In this document: positions 1 through 8,301 of the stretch, piece by piece
Layout of the letters: each line of letters starts with the position of its first letter
How positions within the stretch are numbered: the first letter of the stretch is position 1
Source: Bacteroidales bacterium
GTDB lineage: Bacteria; Bacteroidota; Bacteroidia; Bacteroidales; F082
Reading direction: 5' to 3'
NCBI GenBank assembly: GCA_017466405.1
Contig: JAFTUF010000023.1
Coordinates: 8,962-40,961, forward strand
Length of the DNA stretch: 32,000 nucleotides
The notes under the pieces: generated by a model
Told to the model about the DNA's origin: nothing
The model's database searches: none
The model's input: only the letters and a program-made list of their open reading frames with translations
Program-made: the position numbers and the translations under genes

Positions 1-166
1 AGAATCAGAAAATTAAAAGTTTCAATTTTGGCTCCTAATTTTTCAACAAAAATGAGCACAAAAAAGTTAATAAAAAAATAAGATTTATATTGATTATTAA
101 TTTTCTTTGATTTAAATTACGAGCAAAACAAAGGCTCCTATTTAACCAAATGTAAGTGTCAGATTA

Positions 167-781
167 TTAAACCGTTCGCAGATAATTAACATCAACTCCG
201 TACAGTCTTTTTAATTTTTCTACCACTCTATCAGCATCGTTTTTTCGTACCGAAATTTCGAGATAACAGTTGAGTTCAAACTTAGGATTCTGTTGTTCAA
301 TACCTTCGTCTTTCAACACTCGCATCACCTCGTTCATAAGAGGATAATCGAACACAACGGAATAAACTTCATCGATGGTCTTTTCTATAATTGTTGAATT
401 ATCGAGAGCCTCTCTCGCTGCCGTCTTATATGCGTTGATAAGCCCAGGCACGCCTAATTTTATTCCACCGAAATAACGAACAACTACAACACATACATTA
501 GTGACATCTTTGGAAAGAATCTGATTCAATATCGGCTTGCCGGCAGTTCCTGAAGGCTCGCCATCATCGGAAGAACGATAACAAGATTTGTCGGGATTGA
601 TGATAAAGGCATAACAATGATGACGCGCGTCGAAATACTGCTTCTTAAACTCCGCTACACGCGCTTTCACCTCATCCTCGCTATATACAGGAAACGCCTT
701 GGCGATGAACTTACTGCCCTTCTCCTTATATAAACCGTCGCCTTCCCCGACCAATATCTTATATGTATCTTCGAACATCAT
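167..781 (-). CDS. yigZ: IMPACT/YigZ family protein (UPF0029)
   Basis: 204-aa ORF. The motif SSDDGEPSGTAGKPIL and the two-domain layout match the YigZ/IMPACT family as I recall it. Confidence 0.85.
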   Translation of the reverse strand: MMFEDTYKILVGEGDGLYKEKGSKFIAKAFPVYSEDEVKARVAEFKKQYFDARHHCYAFIINPDKSCYRSSDDGEPSGTAGKPILNQILSKDVTNVCVVVVRYFGGIKLGVPGLINAYKTAAREALDNSTIIEKTIDEVYSVVFDYPLMNEVMRVLKDEGIEQQNPKFELNCYLEISVRKNDADRVVEKLKRLYGVDVNYLRTV

Positions 782-790
782 TTTTCAAGT

Positions 791-818
791 CAACGGACAA
801 CAGACAACGGACATCAGT
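791..818. repeat. Heptamer word array CAACGGA/CAACAGA/CAACGGA/CATCAGT
   Basis: Read directly. Four 7-nt units lie 10 nt upstream of the yigZ start on the minus strand. It is an inverted copy of the array at 2919-2947. Confidence 0.8.
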
Positions 819-890
819 CTTTTTCCACACCTTAGACTTTTGACCTTAGTCTTTTGCCGAATGTTACTGCAAAGATAAAATATTTTTCAA

Positions 891-898
891 TATTTTTG
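891..898 (+). promoter_or_regulatory. Bacteroidota -7 box TAttTTTG upstream of prmC
   Basis: Exact match to TAnnTTTG. It lies only 4 nt before the ATG at 903, so the mRNA would be near-leaderless. A second near-match, TAttTTTC, is at 881-888. Confidence 0.35.
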
Positions 899-902
899 CA
901 AC

Positions 903-1784
903 ATGAAAGTAGCATCGAATTTAGTAAGAGACATTAAGAAATATTACCGCGAACAGCTTTGTTCCATTTACGATTATGATGAGGCAAACTCATTGGTTTT
1001 AATATTATTAGAACATTATTTCAAGATTGACAAAATCAAAATGGCTTTGGATCCCGACCTACGACTCAGCGAATCGGAGATGCTGACTTTTCATTTTGCC
1101 GTAAAAGATTTGTTAAAAAACAAGCCTATACAATATATAATAGGAGAAACAGAATTCTGCGACTTGAAGTTTAAAGTCAACGAGAACGTCTTGATTCCGC
1201 GACCGGAAACGGCAGAAATGATTTTTAAAATCGTCAACAGTCAACAGTCAACAGTCAACAGTCATTGTTCAATAATTGATATTGGAACCGGTTCGGGTTG
1301 TATTGCGATTAGTCTGGCGAAAGCATTTCCTAATAGTAAAATTTATGCCTTGGATATTTCAGAAGAAGCCTTGAAAGTCGCGAAAGAAAATGCTATTAAT
1401 AATAATGTAAATATCAACTTCATTCAGGATGACATTCTTAATTTGAAGAATAAAATTGAAACGAAATTTGACATCATCGTGAGCAATCCACCTTACGTGA
1501 GAGAGTTGGAAAAAGCAGAGATGCACAACAACGTTTTAGAATGGGAACCTCATAAAGCTTTATTTGTCAGCGACAATGACCCTCTGATTTTTTACAGAAG
1601 CATTTTAGAATTTGCCAAAACACATCTCAAAGAAAACGGAGAAATATGGTTTGAGATAAACGAATATCTCAGCAAAGAGATGACTGCTTTATGCCACGAA
1701 TTAGGATTTTCAGATGTTAATATTTATAAAGACTTCAGAGGGAAAGAGAGAGTTGTTAGAGTTGCTGAGTTACTAAGTTACTAA
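903..1784 (+). CDS. prmC: Peptide chain release factor N5-glutamine methyltransferase (HemK/PrmC)
   Basis: 293-aa ORF with SAM-binding loop IDIGTGSGCIAI, catalytic NPPY (VSNPPYV) and a HemK-type N-terminal helical domain. Confidence 0.9.
   Translation: MKVASNLVRDIKKYYREQLCSIYDYDEANSLVLILLEHYFKIDKIKMALDPDLRLSESEMLTFHFAVKDLLKNKPIQYIIGETEFCDLKFKVNENVLIPRPETAEMIFKIVNSQQSTVNSHCSIIDIGTGSGCIAISLAKAFPNSKIYALDISEEALKVAKENAINNNVNINFIQDDILNLKNKIETKFDIIVSNPPYVRELEKAEMHNNVLEWEPHKALFVSDNDPLIFYRSILEFAKTHLKENGEIWFEINEYLSKEMTALCHELGFSDVNIYKDFRGKERVVRVAELLSY
1233..1264 (+). repeat. GTCAACA heptamer x4.5 inside the prmC coding sequence
   Basis: gtcaaca gtcaaca gtcaaca gtcaaca gtca read directly. It encodes VNSQQSTVNSH just before the GxGxG loop. 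Confidence 0.9.
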
Positions 1785-1824
1785 GTTGCTGAGATGCTAT
1801 GTTACTAAGTTGCCAAGTTGCTTT
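1752..1824 (+). repeat. Octamer word array (GTYRCYRA family), about 9 units
   Basis: gttgctga gttactaa gttactaa gttgctga gatgctat gttactaa gttgccaa gttgcttt. The first units encode the prmC C-terminus VAELLSY and supply its TAA stop. Confidence 0.85.
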
Positions 1825-1851
1825 TGTTTTTAAGATTTAGACAATTTTGTT

Positions 1852-1886
1852 TCAACTTTCAATTTTCAACTTTCAATTTTCAATCG
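1852..1886. repeat. Heptamer array TCAACTT/TCAATTT x5
   Basis: tcaactt tcaattt tcaactt tcaattt tcaatcg. It overlaps the stop codon and last two codons of the minus-strand ORF 1880..2869. Confidence 0.8.
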
Positions 1887-2869
1887 AATATCACTCTAGG
1901 ATTCATTGCGTTAGGACGCTTCCACTCGACACCTCTTTTGGCGAGGGCAGCTCTTTTCGTACTCCAGTAAATGTGACAGAATCCCATGCCACGTAGCTCG
2001 TCCTTAAGTTGTTCATCCACTTCTTTCTCAACATCATAAATAACATCTTCCCATTCTTCAGAAGCCTGTATCGGATCTACTTTAAGAGTTCCTCCTAACG
2101 AATTCCAACAATTCAAACCATAGTCACCCATTTTACCTCTTACAATCCAACTAAGCTTTTCTATATAGCCATCAACCGTACGGAAATAATATTTATCCAT
2201 ATCCCTTCTCAACTCATCATTATAATCGGATTCACACTTATAATGCAGACACAACCTGTAATATTCACAATACGACTGATAAAGACGAGGCGTTTCTAGG
2301 ACACTTATAAAATCACATTTCAAAATAATTTCAATAAACCAAGCCCTTAAAGCAGGATTTATTTCATCATCTCTTTCAGGTGACAAATCCTTGAGAATAT
2401 GCAGAAAACGCTGAGCCAGCGGAATATTTTTCCAGATATTTCCTTCATCCCTATTAGTTTTCATCTTATCATACAAATCAATAATTTCTTGACATTCCGA
2501 ATCCCAATTAATATCATCGGAGTCATCTACGCTGAAATAAAACACAAAACGCTCCGACTCGCTTATATACTGATTAGGAATATGATATGACGGCGTTCCC
2601 AACACCTGCCATTCTCTGTTGAGCCTATAAGTCACATCCTTGAAAGTGAAGACCATTTCTTTTTCATCAATAGAAATCACCTTGAGTTCATTATGGTCGA
2701 AGAAATTAAACACGCTGCCATTTTCAATATTTTCAACGAGAGCATATTCACCATCGGTTCTTCTATTTCCGACACTCATATCCCTCGACTCATAAATACG
2801 AGCTATTCTAAATCGTTGGTTCATACAAGTTCTATTTACACCTGCAAAATTATTAAAATAAATTCTCAT
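1880..2869 (-). CDS. Hypothetical protein (no family recognised)
   Basis: 329-aa uninterrupted ORF with no credible competing frame. It is rich in Cys, Tyr and Trp and ends GFCHIYWSTKRAALAKRGVEWKRPNAMNPRVIFD. There is no signal peptide and no motif I can assign. Confidence 0.6.
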   Translation of the reverse strand: MRIYFNNFAGVNRTCMNQRFRIARIYESRDMSVGNRRTDGEYALVENIENGSVFNFFDHNELKVISIDEKEMVFTFKDVTYRLNREWQVLGTPSYHIPNQYISESERFVFYFSVDDSDDINWDSECQEIIDLYDKMKTNRDEGNIWKNIPLAQRFLHILKDLSPERDDEINPALRAWFIEIILKCDFISVLETPRLYQSYCEYYRLCLHYKCESDYNDELRRDMDKYYFRTVDGYIEKLSWIVRGKMGDYGLNCWNSLGGTLKVDPIQASEEWEDVIYDVEKEVDEQLKDELRGMGFCHIYWSTKRAALAKRGVEWKRPNAMNPRVIFD

Positions 2870-2918
2870 ATCAGATTATAATTTCAAAAATTATTGTCAT
2901 TAAATGTTATTAAAAAAA

Positions 2919-2947
2919 TCCGTTGTCTGTTGTCCGTTGTCCGTTGA
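2919..2947 (+). repeat. Heptamer word array CCGTTGT/CTGTTGT/CCGTTGT/CCGTTGA
   Basis: Read directly. It shares a 21-nt identical core (tccgttgtctgttgtccgttg) with the reverse complement of 791-818 and carries one extra 7-nt unit. Confidence 0.85.
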
Positions 2948-2954
2948 CTTTTTG

Positions 2955-2962
2955 TATCTTTG
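2955..2962 (+). promoter_or_regulatory. Bacteroidota -7 box TAtcTTTG for the RNase P RNA gene
   Basis: Exact TAnnTTTG match a few nt before the predicted 5' end of rnpB. Confidence 0.55.
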
Positions 2963-2963
2963 C

Positions 2964-3330
2964 AGCTCGAAAAAGCGATTGTCGCGGGCAGGAGCAATCC
3001 TGCGTGAGGAAAGTCGGGACAGCACAGAGCACCATACTTCTTAACAGGAAGGTATCTAAAAAGATAACAGCAAGTGCCACAGAAAATTACCGCTCTCCGG
3101 AGTAAGGGTGAAAACGTGAGGTAAGAGCTCACGCGAATCTATGGTGACACAGGTTCGGGGTAAACCTTATGGGCTGCAAGACCAAATATACCGACGCCGG
3201 TCGTTCGCGACCAAAAAGGCTGCTCGTCTGAGTCGGGAGGGTAGGTTGCTTGAGTCTTCCGGCAACGTAAGACCTAGAGAAATGACAATCACCTTGGAAA
3301 CAAGGAACAGAATCCCGCTTATGCTTTTAG
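2964..3330 (+). ncRNA. rnpB: RNase P RNA, bacterial type A
   Basis: Universally conserved blocks are present: GAGGAAAGTCGGGAC (3006-3020), AGGGTGAAAACGTGAGGTAAGAGCTCACG (3105-3133) and ACAGAATCCCGCTTA (3307-3321). AAAAGC near the 5' end can pair with GCTTTT near the 3' end as P1. The ends are approximate to about 5 nt. Confidence 0.9.
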
Positions 3331-3337
3331 AAAAAAA

Positions 3338-3362
3338 AGAGTCCTTGCGGGCTCTTTTTTTT
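3338..3362 (+). terminator. Intrinsic terminator after rnpB
   Basis: Stem agagtcc/gggctct (7 bp, one G-U), loop ttgc, then a run of 8 or more T. Confidence 0.7.
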
Positions 3363-3363
3363 A

Positions 3364-3399
3364 GTTACTGAGTTGCTGAGTTGCTAAGATGCTAAGTGA
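3364..3399 (+). repeat. Octamer word array (GTYRCYRA family), about 4.5 units
   Basis: gttactga gttgctga gttgctaa gatgctaa gtgag. Same unit family as 1752-1824. Confidence 0.8.
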
Positions 3400-3442
3400 G
3401 ATTTTGATTTAAAAACACGTCCTTTTTTACATAATTTTTTCG

Positions 3443-3450
3443 TACATTTG
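3443..3450 (+). promoter_or_regulatory. Bacteroidota -7 box TAcaTTTG for the TPR gene
   Basis: Exact TAnnTTTG match. It overlaps the TTG start at 3448 given in the ORF track, which argues for the ATG at 3490 as the true start. Confidence 0.5.
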
Positions 3451-3489
3451 GCGTTTATTATTTGTTATTTAATTTTTATAAAAAAATAT

Positions 3490-6400
3490 ATGAAATCTAT
3501 CGTCAAAAATTTCATCTTCCTATTGTTATTATTAACAGCAAGTATTTCTGTCACAGCACAGAAGGAAGTAAATCAATACGAACCTAATGCCACCTTCGAA
3601 AGAGGCTTGATGCTTTTTGAAAACAAACATTACGCTTCGGCATTGGAATGTTTCGAAAGTTATATCGAGCTTACTAAAGACGACAACAGTCAGGAACTCG
3701 TGATGGCAAAATATTATGAAGCCGTCTCTTCACTTTATCTCGACAATGGCAAAGGCGAGAATAAGATAACCACCTTCGTGAAGGAAAATCCGACAAACCT
3801 TCTTGCTGAACACGCCAATTTCCTCTACGCCAACGCTTTGTTCAAAGACAAGAAATACCGCAACGCCTTAAAAATTTATCAAAGCGTAAATGAAAAAAGT
3901 CTCAAGGAAGAAGAAAAAGACGAATGCAATTTCAAGAAAGCTTACTGCCATTACCAGACTAACGATATTGAAAAAGCCTCTCCCCTCTTCAAAGAACTTT
4001 CCGAAAAAGAAAACGCCTACCGCAACGACGCTACATATTATTACGCTCACATTCTTTACATCAACGACAATCAAGATGAAGCATTAAACTATTTTAACAT
4101 ATTAAAAAATAACGAGAAATACAAAGACATCGCCAACACATACATACTTCAGATCAACTTCGACAAAGGCAACTACGCCAACGTCACTTCCGATGGCGAC
4201 GACTTATTAGATAAATCCAAGAAAAAACGTAAGTCGGACATTGCCTTGATGTTAGCCGAATCGTGGCATCAGCAAGGCGACTACGCTAAGAGTTTGGAAT
4301 ATTATAACATAGCTTTAGAAAACTCCAACCGCAAGCTTCCGAGAGAAGTCGAGTTTAGAATCGGTTTCTGCAAGATGAAAACCAACGACTACCAAGGAGC
4401 GATAGAGCATTTTACAAAAGTTACCGACAACAAGGACGAGTTGGCACAATACGCATCTTATTATTTAGCCCAATGTTACACAAACACCGAGCAAGACAAG
4501 TTCGCAAGAAACACATTCTACAAAGCTTATAAGATGAACTTCAACGACACACTGAGCGAAAACGCCTTGTTCAACTATGCAGCTCTCAGCTTCATCCCAG
4601 GCATCGACCCATTCAACGAGACAGTCAGCACTCTCAACGATTATATCAAGAACAATCCTAACTCAAGCAACATCAGTGATCTTCAAGACATTGTCGTTCA
4701 CCTTCTTCTCAACGCCAACAACTATAACGAAGCGTTAGAGACCATAGAACAATATTCTTACATAAGCCCTGAATTGGAAGAAATAAAATCGCAACTGACA
4801 TACCATGTAGGAATTCAGTTATATAACGAAGGCGACTACGACAAAGCCATCGTCTATTTAAAGAAAACCACCGATACAAAAAACTCCGATCCTAAGGTCT
4901 TGGCAGAAGCTCTCTACTGGATGGCTGACGCTTATTATCAGAAGAACGACGTCACCAATGCTTTTGCAGCTTACCAAAGATTCATAAAATCGCCATCAGC
5001 AAGCAGCACTGAGGTATATCCTTTGGCTTATTATAACATGGCGTACATCTACATGAACAAAGCCGACTTCAACAATGCCTCTGTCAAGTTCAAAGAATAT
5101 CTCAACTTCGACAAAAGCTCCAACAAAACACTTCAAAACGACGCCTGGATGCGAATCGGCGACTGCTATTTCATTCTGCGTCAATATAACAACGCCATCA
5201 CAGCATACAGCAACGCCGCCAAGATAGACAGCAAAAACATCGATTATGCCTATTACCAACAAGGCATGGGTTACGGAGCTTTAGGCAAGACAAACGAAAA
5301 GATTAACTGTCTGAATATCATAACAAGCAATCATAAGAAATCGTCTTTCTACGACAAGGCTCTGTATGAAATAGGTCTCGCTCATCTCTCCACTAACGAC
5401 AACCGCTCTGCCATCGCAAGTTTCGACAGAATAGTAAAAGAAAAACCGAGATCGTCGTATGCACGTCAGGCTCTTATGAAGATTGGAATGATATATTATA
5501 ATAATGACGAAAACGACAAAGCTTTGGAGCGACTTAAAACCGTTGTTTCCCAATATCCTAACACCGAAGAGTCAAGAGAAGCTCTTAACATCATAAGCAA
5601 CATCTACCGCGACCAAAACGACATACAGTCGTACTTCAACTATATCGAAGAAAACAATCTCGCCACGATAAGTGTCGATAAGCAAGACTCTCTGTCGTTC
5701 GTCACGATTAACGACTTTTATTCAAAGAGAGACTACCGCGAGACACTCAAAGGAGCGAAACAATATCTGAAGAAATATCCTGAAGGAGCATATCTCCTCA
5801 AAGTTCATTATTACGCAATGAAGTCGATGGAAAACATGAACGACACCGACAGCATAAGACCGCACATAGAATATATCATAAGTCAGCCAGATAACGACTA
5901 TACAGACAACGCCTTGCTTCTCGTCGCGAGAATGGACTACGACGCCTCTGAATATTCAGCAGCGGCTAATTATTACGAGCGCCTCATCGGAATAACAGAA
6001 AACCAACAGATTCTGACAGAAGCTACAGAAGGCTGCATGAAGAGCTATTACTTCAATCAAGAATATGATAAGTCAATAGAAAAGGCAAATCTGCTCATCG
6101 CGATGTCCGACATCAGCACACAACAGAAAAATCAGGCTAACTACATACTCGGAAAATCCTATTTCGACAAAGGAAATTACGAAGAAGCCTTAAAACATTT
6201 TAACATTTGTACAAGCATCGACAACACCGAAATCGGAGCCGAATGCGGATATTTATCGGCAGTATGTCTCTACAAACAAAACAGATACGACGAAGCCGAA
6301 GAGAAAGTTTTCGATGTTTCTGACAACTACAACACATACATTTACTGGACTGCCAAGTCGTTCATAATCCTCAGCGACGTTTATGTTGCTAAAGATAATG

Positions 6401-6528
6401 CTTTCCAGGCAAAAGAAACATTGAAGAGCGTTATCGACAACTATCCTCAAGACGAGACAAACCATAATGAAATCGTCAGAGAAGCACAGTCGAAGTTAGA
6501 AGTAATCAATGCAGAAACAAACGAATAA
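3490..6528 (+). CDS. Secreted tetratricopeptide-repeat (TPR) protein
   Basis: 1012 aa counted from the ATG at 3490. It has a signal peptide (MKSIVKNFIFLLLLLTASISVTAQ) and many 34-aa TPR-like units with the Y/A/Y/G/Y/A/F pattern throughout. There is no lipoprotein Cys. Confidence 0.8.
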   Translation: MKSIVKNFIFLLLLLTASISVTAQKEVNQYEPNATFERGLMLFENKHYASALECFESYIELTKDDNSQELVMAKYYEAVSSLYLDNGKGENKITTFVKENPTNLLAEHANFLYANALFKDKKYRNALKIYQSVNEKSLKEEEKDECNFKKAYCHYQTNDIEKASPLFKELSEKENAYRNDATYYYAHILYINDNQDEALNYFNILKNNEKYKDIANTYILQINFDKGNYANVTSDGDDLLDKSKKKRKSDIALMLAESWHQQGDYAKSLEYYNIALENSNRKLPREVEFRIGFCKMKTNDYQGAIEHFTKVTDNKDELAQYASYYLAQCYTNTEQDKFARNTFYKAYKMNFNDTLSENALFNYAALSFIPGIDPFNETVSTLNDYIKNNPNSSNISDLQDIVVHLLLNANNYNEALETIEQYSYISPELEEIKSQLTYHVGIQLYNEGDYDKAIVYLKKTTDTKNSDPKVLAEALYWMADAYYQKNDVTNAFAAYQRFIKSPSASSTEVYPLAYYNMAYIYMNKADFNNASVKFKEYLNFDKSSNKTLQNDAWMRIGDCYFILRQYNNAITAYSNAAKIDSKNIDYAYYQQGMGYGALGKTNEKINCLNIITSNHKKSSFYDKALYEIGLAHLSTNDNRSAIASFDRIVKEKPRSSYARQALMKIGMIYYNNDENDKALERLKTVVSQYPNTEESREALNIISNIYRDQNDIQSYFNYIEENNLATISVDKQDSLSFVTINDFYSKRDYRETLKGAKQYLKKYPEGAYLLKVHYYAMKSMENMNDTDSIRPHIEYIISQPDNDYTDNALLLVARMDYDASEYSAAANYYERLIGITENQQILTEATEGCMKSYYFNQEYDKSIEKANLLIAMSDISTQQKNQANYILGKSYFDKGNYEEALKHFNICTSIDNTEIGAECGYLSAVCLYKQNRYDEAEEKVFDVSDNYNTYIYWTAKSFIILSDVYVAKDNAFQAKETLKSVIDNYPQDETNHNEIVREAQSKLEVINAETNE

Positions 6529-6541
6529 GGAGGGATTCACA

Positions 6542-8185
6542 ATGAAAAAAATAAATATCGTCACGACAATATTTCTCGTCATCTTAGGCATAACATTAAA
6601 CGCTCAATCGCATAACGAAGAAGTCACCATCGAAGGCTCTTACACTCCGCATATCAAGAAGTCGGCGCGTATCGGCATAAAACCTGAGATGCCAAAACGA
6701 GAGTTCAACATACCGAATCATGAAGTAAACACAGAAGATTTCTTCTACAGCTATAAAGTCGATTTGGAACCTATAAGTCCGTTGCAATACACACAAAAAG
6801 AATTCTACGACATCACCAACAACTTCATCAAGTTCGGATTAGGAACACGTCTCTCACCAGACCTCCTCTTCCGTCATTATTCAGAATTGTCGAGAAAGAC
6901 AAGCCTCGGCATAGGTCTCACCCACAACTCCACCTGGACCAATATGAAAGACTACGACAACTCGAAGTACATGAACAACGCCTTCAACTTGTCGATGAAC
7001 AATAAATTCTCCAGTTTCCAGCTGCGTACATTTATCGATTACCACTACGACATGTACAATCTGAAATACAAACCCGAAATCAACACCGACGACGCTCCCG
7101 ACACCAAAAGATTCATCAACTCATTAGGTGTAAAATTACTGTCCAACAACAACCAGACAAGCTACAGGTCACTCTACGACGAGTTCCTTTTAGATTATAA
7201 CTACACCGGAATACGAGGCGGAGTGATGGAAAACCTCATAAAGTTTAATGCCTATTTAGAACATTCCAACTCATGGTTCAGAAACAGCGACGGGATACAG
7301 ACGCTGTCCGTCGATGTCAAGGCAGAACTTAACAACATCTCGCAGACATTATTCATCATCTCTGCCAACCCTCGTCTCGACTTCGACGGCGAATACTACA
7401 ACCTTCACCTCGGTTTTCGCGTCGATGCCAAGACGAACTCCACAAGTATGGGAGGCATATACCCTGACATCAAAGGAAGCCTTTACCTCTTCGAAAGAAA
7501 ACTCGAGCTCTACGCAGGATTAGGAGGAAAGACAAAGATAAACACCTTAAAAGAGATATTGTCGGAAAACCCTTTCATCATCTCCGACCTGACAAATATG
7601 GGCGAGTTTGATTATGAAAAAACGAAAATCGACTTCAAAGGTGGATTGAAATTCAAAGTGTATGACAATTTCAGTTTACATACTGGAGTACGTTACAGAA
7701 TGATAGACAATTACGTATTATTTATAGAGACACCTTCATATAATAAATTACGTACCTTTGACGTAATCTTGGAAGACTGCAAAATATTAAACTTCGTAGC
7801 AGACATACATTTGAGAATCAGTGATGATATTAAGGTTGCAGCCGATTTCTCATATAACCTTTACGACCTTTACAAGGAAGTAGCAAAGGCATGGTATAAG
7901 CCAGCTTTCGAATTCAAGCTGAAAGGATTTTACAATTATAACGAACATTGGAATTTCAATATAGCAACATACGTAGAAGGAAAGCGATACGCTTTGTCAT
8001 ACGATGATGCGGTTAAAGAATTAAAGCCAATCTGCGACATTCAATTAGGCTGCGACTATAACTTCAGAGACAACCTCTCGTTCTACGCTGAAATAAAGAA
8101 TTTGATTCATAACAAATACCAATTATATTACGACTATCCGAGCTACGGATTCCAGGCGTTCTTAGGATTCAAATATAGATTTTGA
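6542..8185 (+). CDS. Putative outer-membrane beta-barrel (porin-like) protein
   Basis: 547 aa counted from the ATG at 6542. It has a signal peptide (MKKINIVTTIFLVILGITLNAQ), alternating aromatic/polar beta-strand patterns and a C-terminal ...GFKYRF with terminal Phe, typical of OM barrels. The family is not assigned. Confidence 0.7.
   Translation: MKKINIVTTIFLVILGITLNAQSHNEEVTIEGSYTPHIKKSARIGIKPEMPKREFNIPNHEVNTEDFFYSYKVDLEPISPLQYTQKEFYDITNNFIKFGLGTRLSPDLLFRHYSELSRKTSLGIGLTHNSTWTNMKDYDNSKYMNNAFNLSMNNKFSSFQLRTFIDYHYDMYNLKYKPEINTDDAPDTKRFINSLGVKLLSNNNQTSYRSLYDEFLLDYNYTGIRGGVMENLIKFNAYLEHSNSWFRNSDGIQTLSVDVKAELNNISQTLFIISANPRLDFDGEYYNLHLGFRVDAKTNSTSMGGIYPDIKGSLYLFERKLELYAGLGGKTKINTLKEILSENPFIISDLTNMGEFDYEKTKIDFKGGLKFKVYDNFSLHTGVRYRMIDNYVLFIETPSYNKLRTFDVILEDCKILNFVADIHLRISDDIKVAADFSYNLYDLYKEVAKAWYKPAFEFKLKGFYNYNEHWNFNIATYVEGKRYALSYDDAVKELKPICDIQLGCDYNFRDNLSFYAEIKNLIHNKYQLYYDYPSYGFQAFLGFKYRF
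8154..8185 (+). repeat. Left copy of a perfect 32-bp direct repeat AGGCGTTCTTAGGATTCAAATATAGATTTTGA
   Basis: Identical to 9487-9518. It covers the last 10 codons and the stop of the beta-barrel ORF. Confidence 0.95.
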
Positions 8186-8202
8186 GGAAAGGCGAAAGAT
8201 AG

Positions 8203-8236
8203 AAGGCGAAGAATGTAAAAAACTTTCGCCTTTTGT
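8203..8236 (+). terminator. Intrinsic terminator-like hairpin after the beta-barrel gene
   Basis: Stem aaggcgaa/ttcgcctt (8 bp), 14-nt loop, followed by ttgtttta. Confidence 0.5.
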
Positions 8237-8257
8237 TTTATATACATGGATTTTTAT

Positions 8258-8265
8258 TATCTTTG
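8258..8265 (+). promoter_or_regulatory. Bacteroidota -7 box TAtcTTTG for the ATPase gene
   Basis: Exact TAnnTTTG match 36 nt upstream of the ATG at 8302. Confidence 0.5.
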
Positions 8266-8301
8266 TAAAATTTAAAATACAACTTTAAATTTGTCCACAA
8301 T

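Noticed and set aside
1-166. Left-edge non-coding stretch with the duplicated GGCTCCTAWTT word (31-42 and 133-144) and a 9-codon ORF (52-81)
   Set aside because: The repeat is short and direct, it forms no hairpin, and the ORF is trivial in A-rich sequence. There is no supportable feature.
2884-3371. ORF-track entries 2884..3132(-), 2923..3105(+) and 3141..3371(+)
   Set aside because: All three overlap the RNase P RNA gene, whose conserved blocks are unambiguous. The translations are low-complexity and Arg/Cys-rich, as expected for structured-RNA sequence read as protein.
3448-3489. N-terminal extensions in the ORF track (3448, 6509, 22601, 26974, 30605)
   Set aside because: The extensions use TTG or GTG starts or precede clear signal peptides. 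Several overlap -7 boxes or terminator stems. Internal ATGs at 3490, 6542, 22619, 26950 and 30563 give canonical N-termini.
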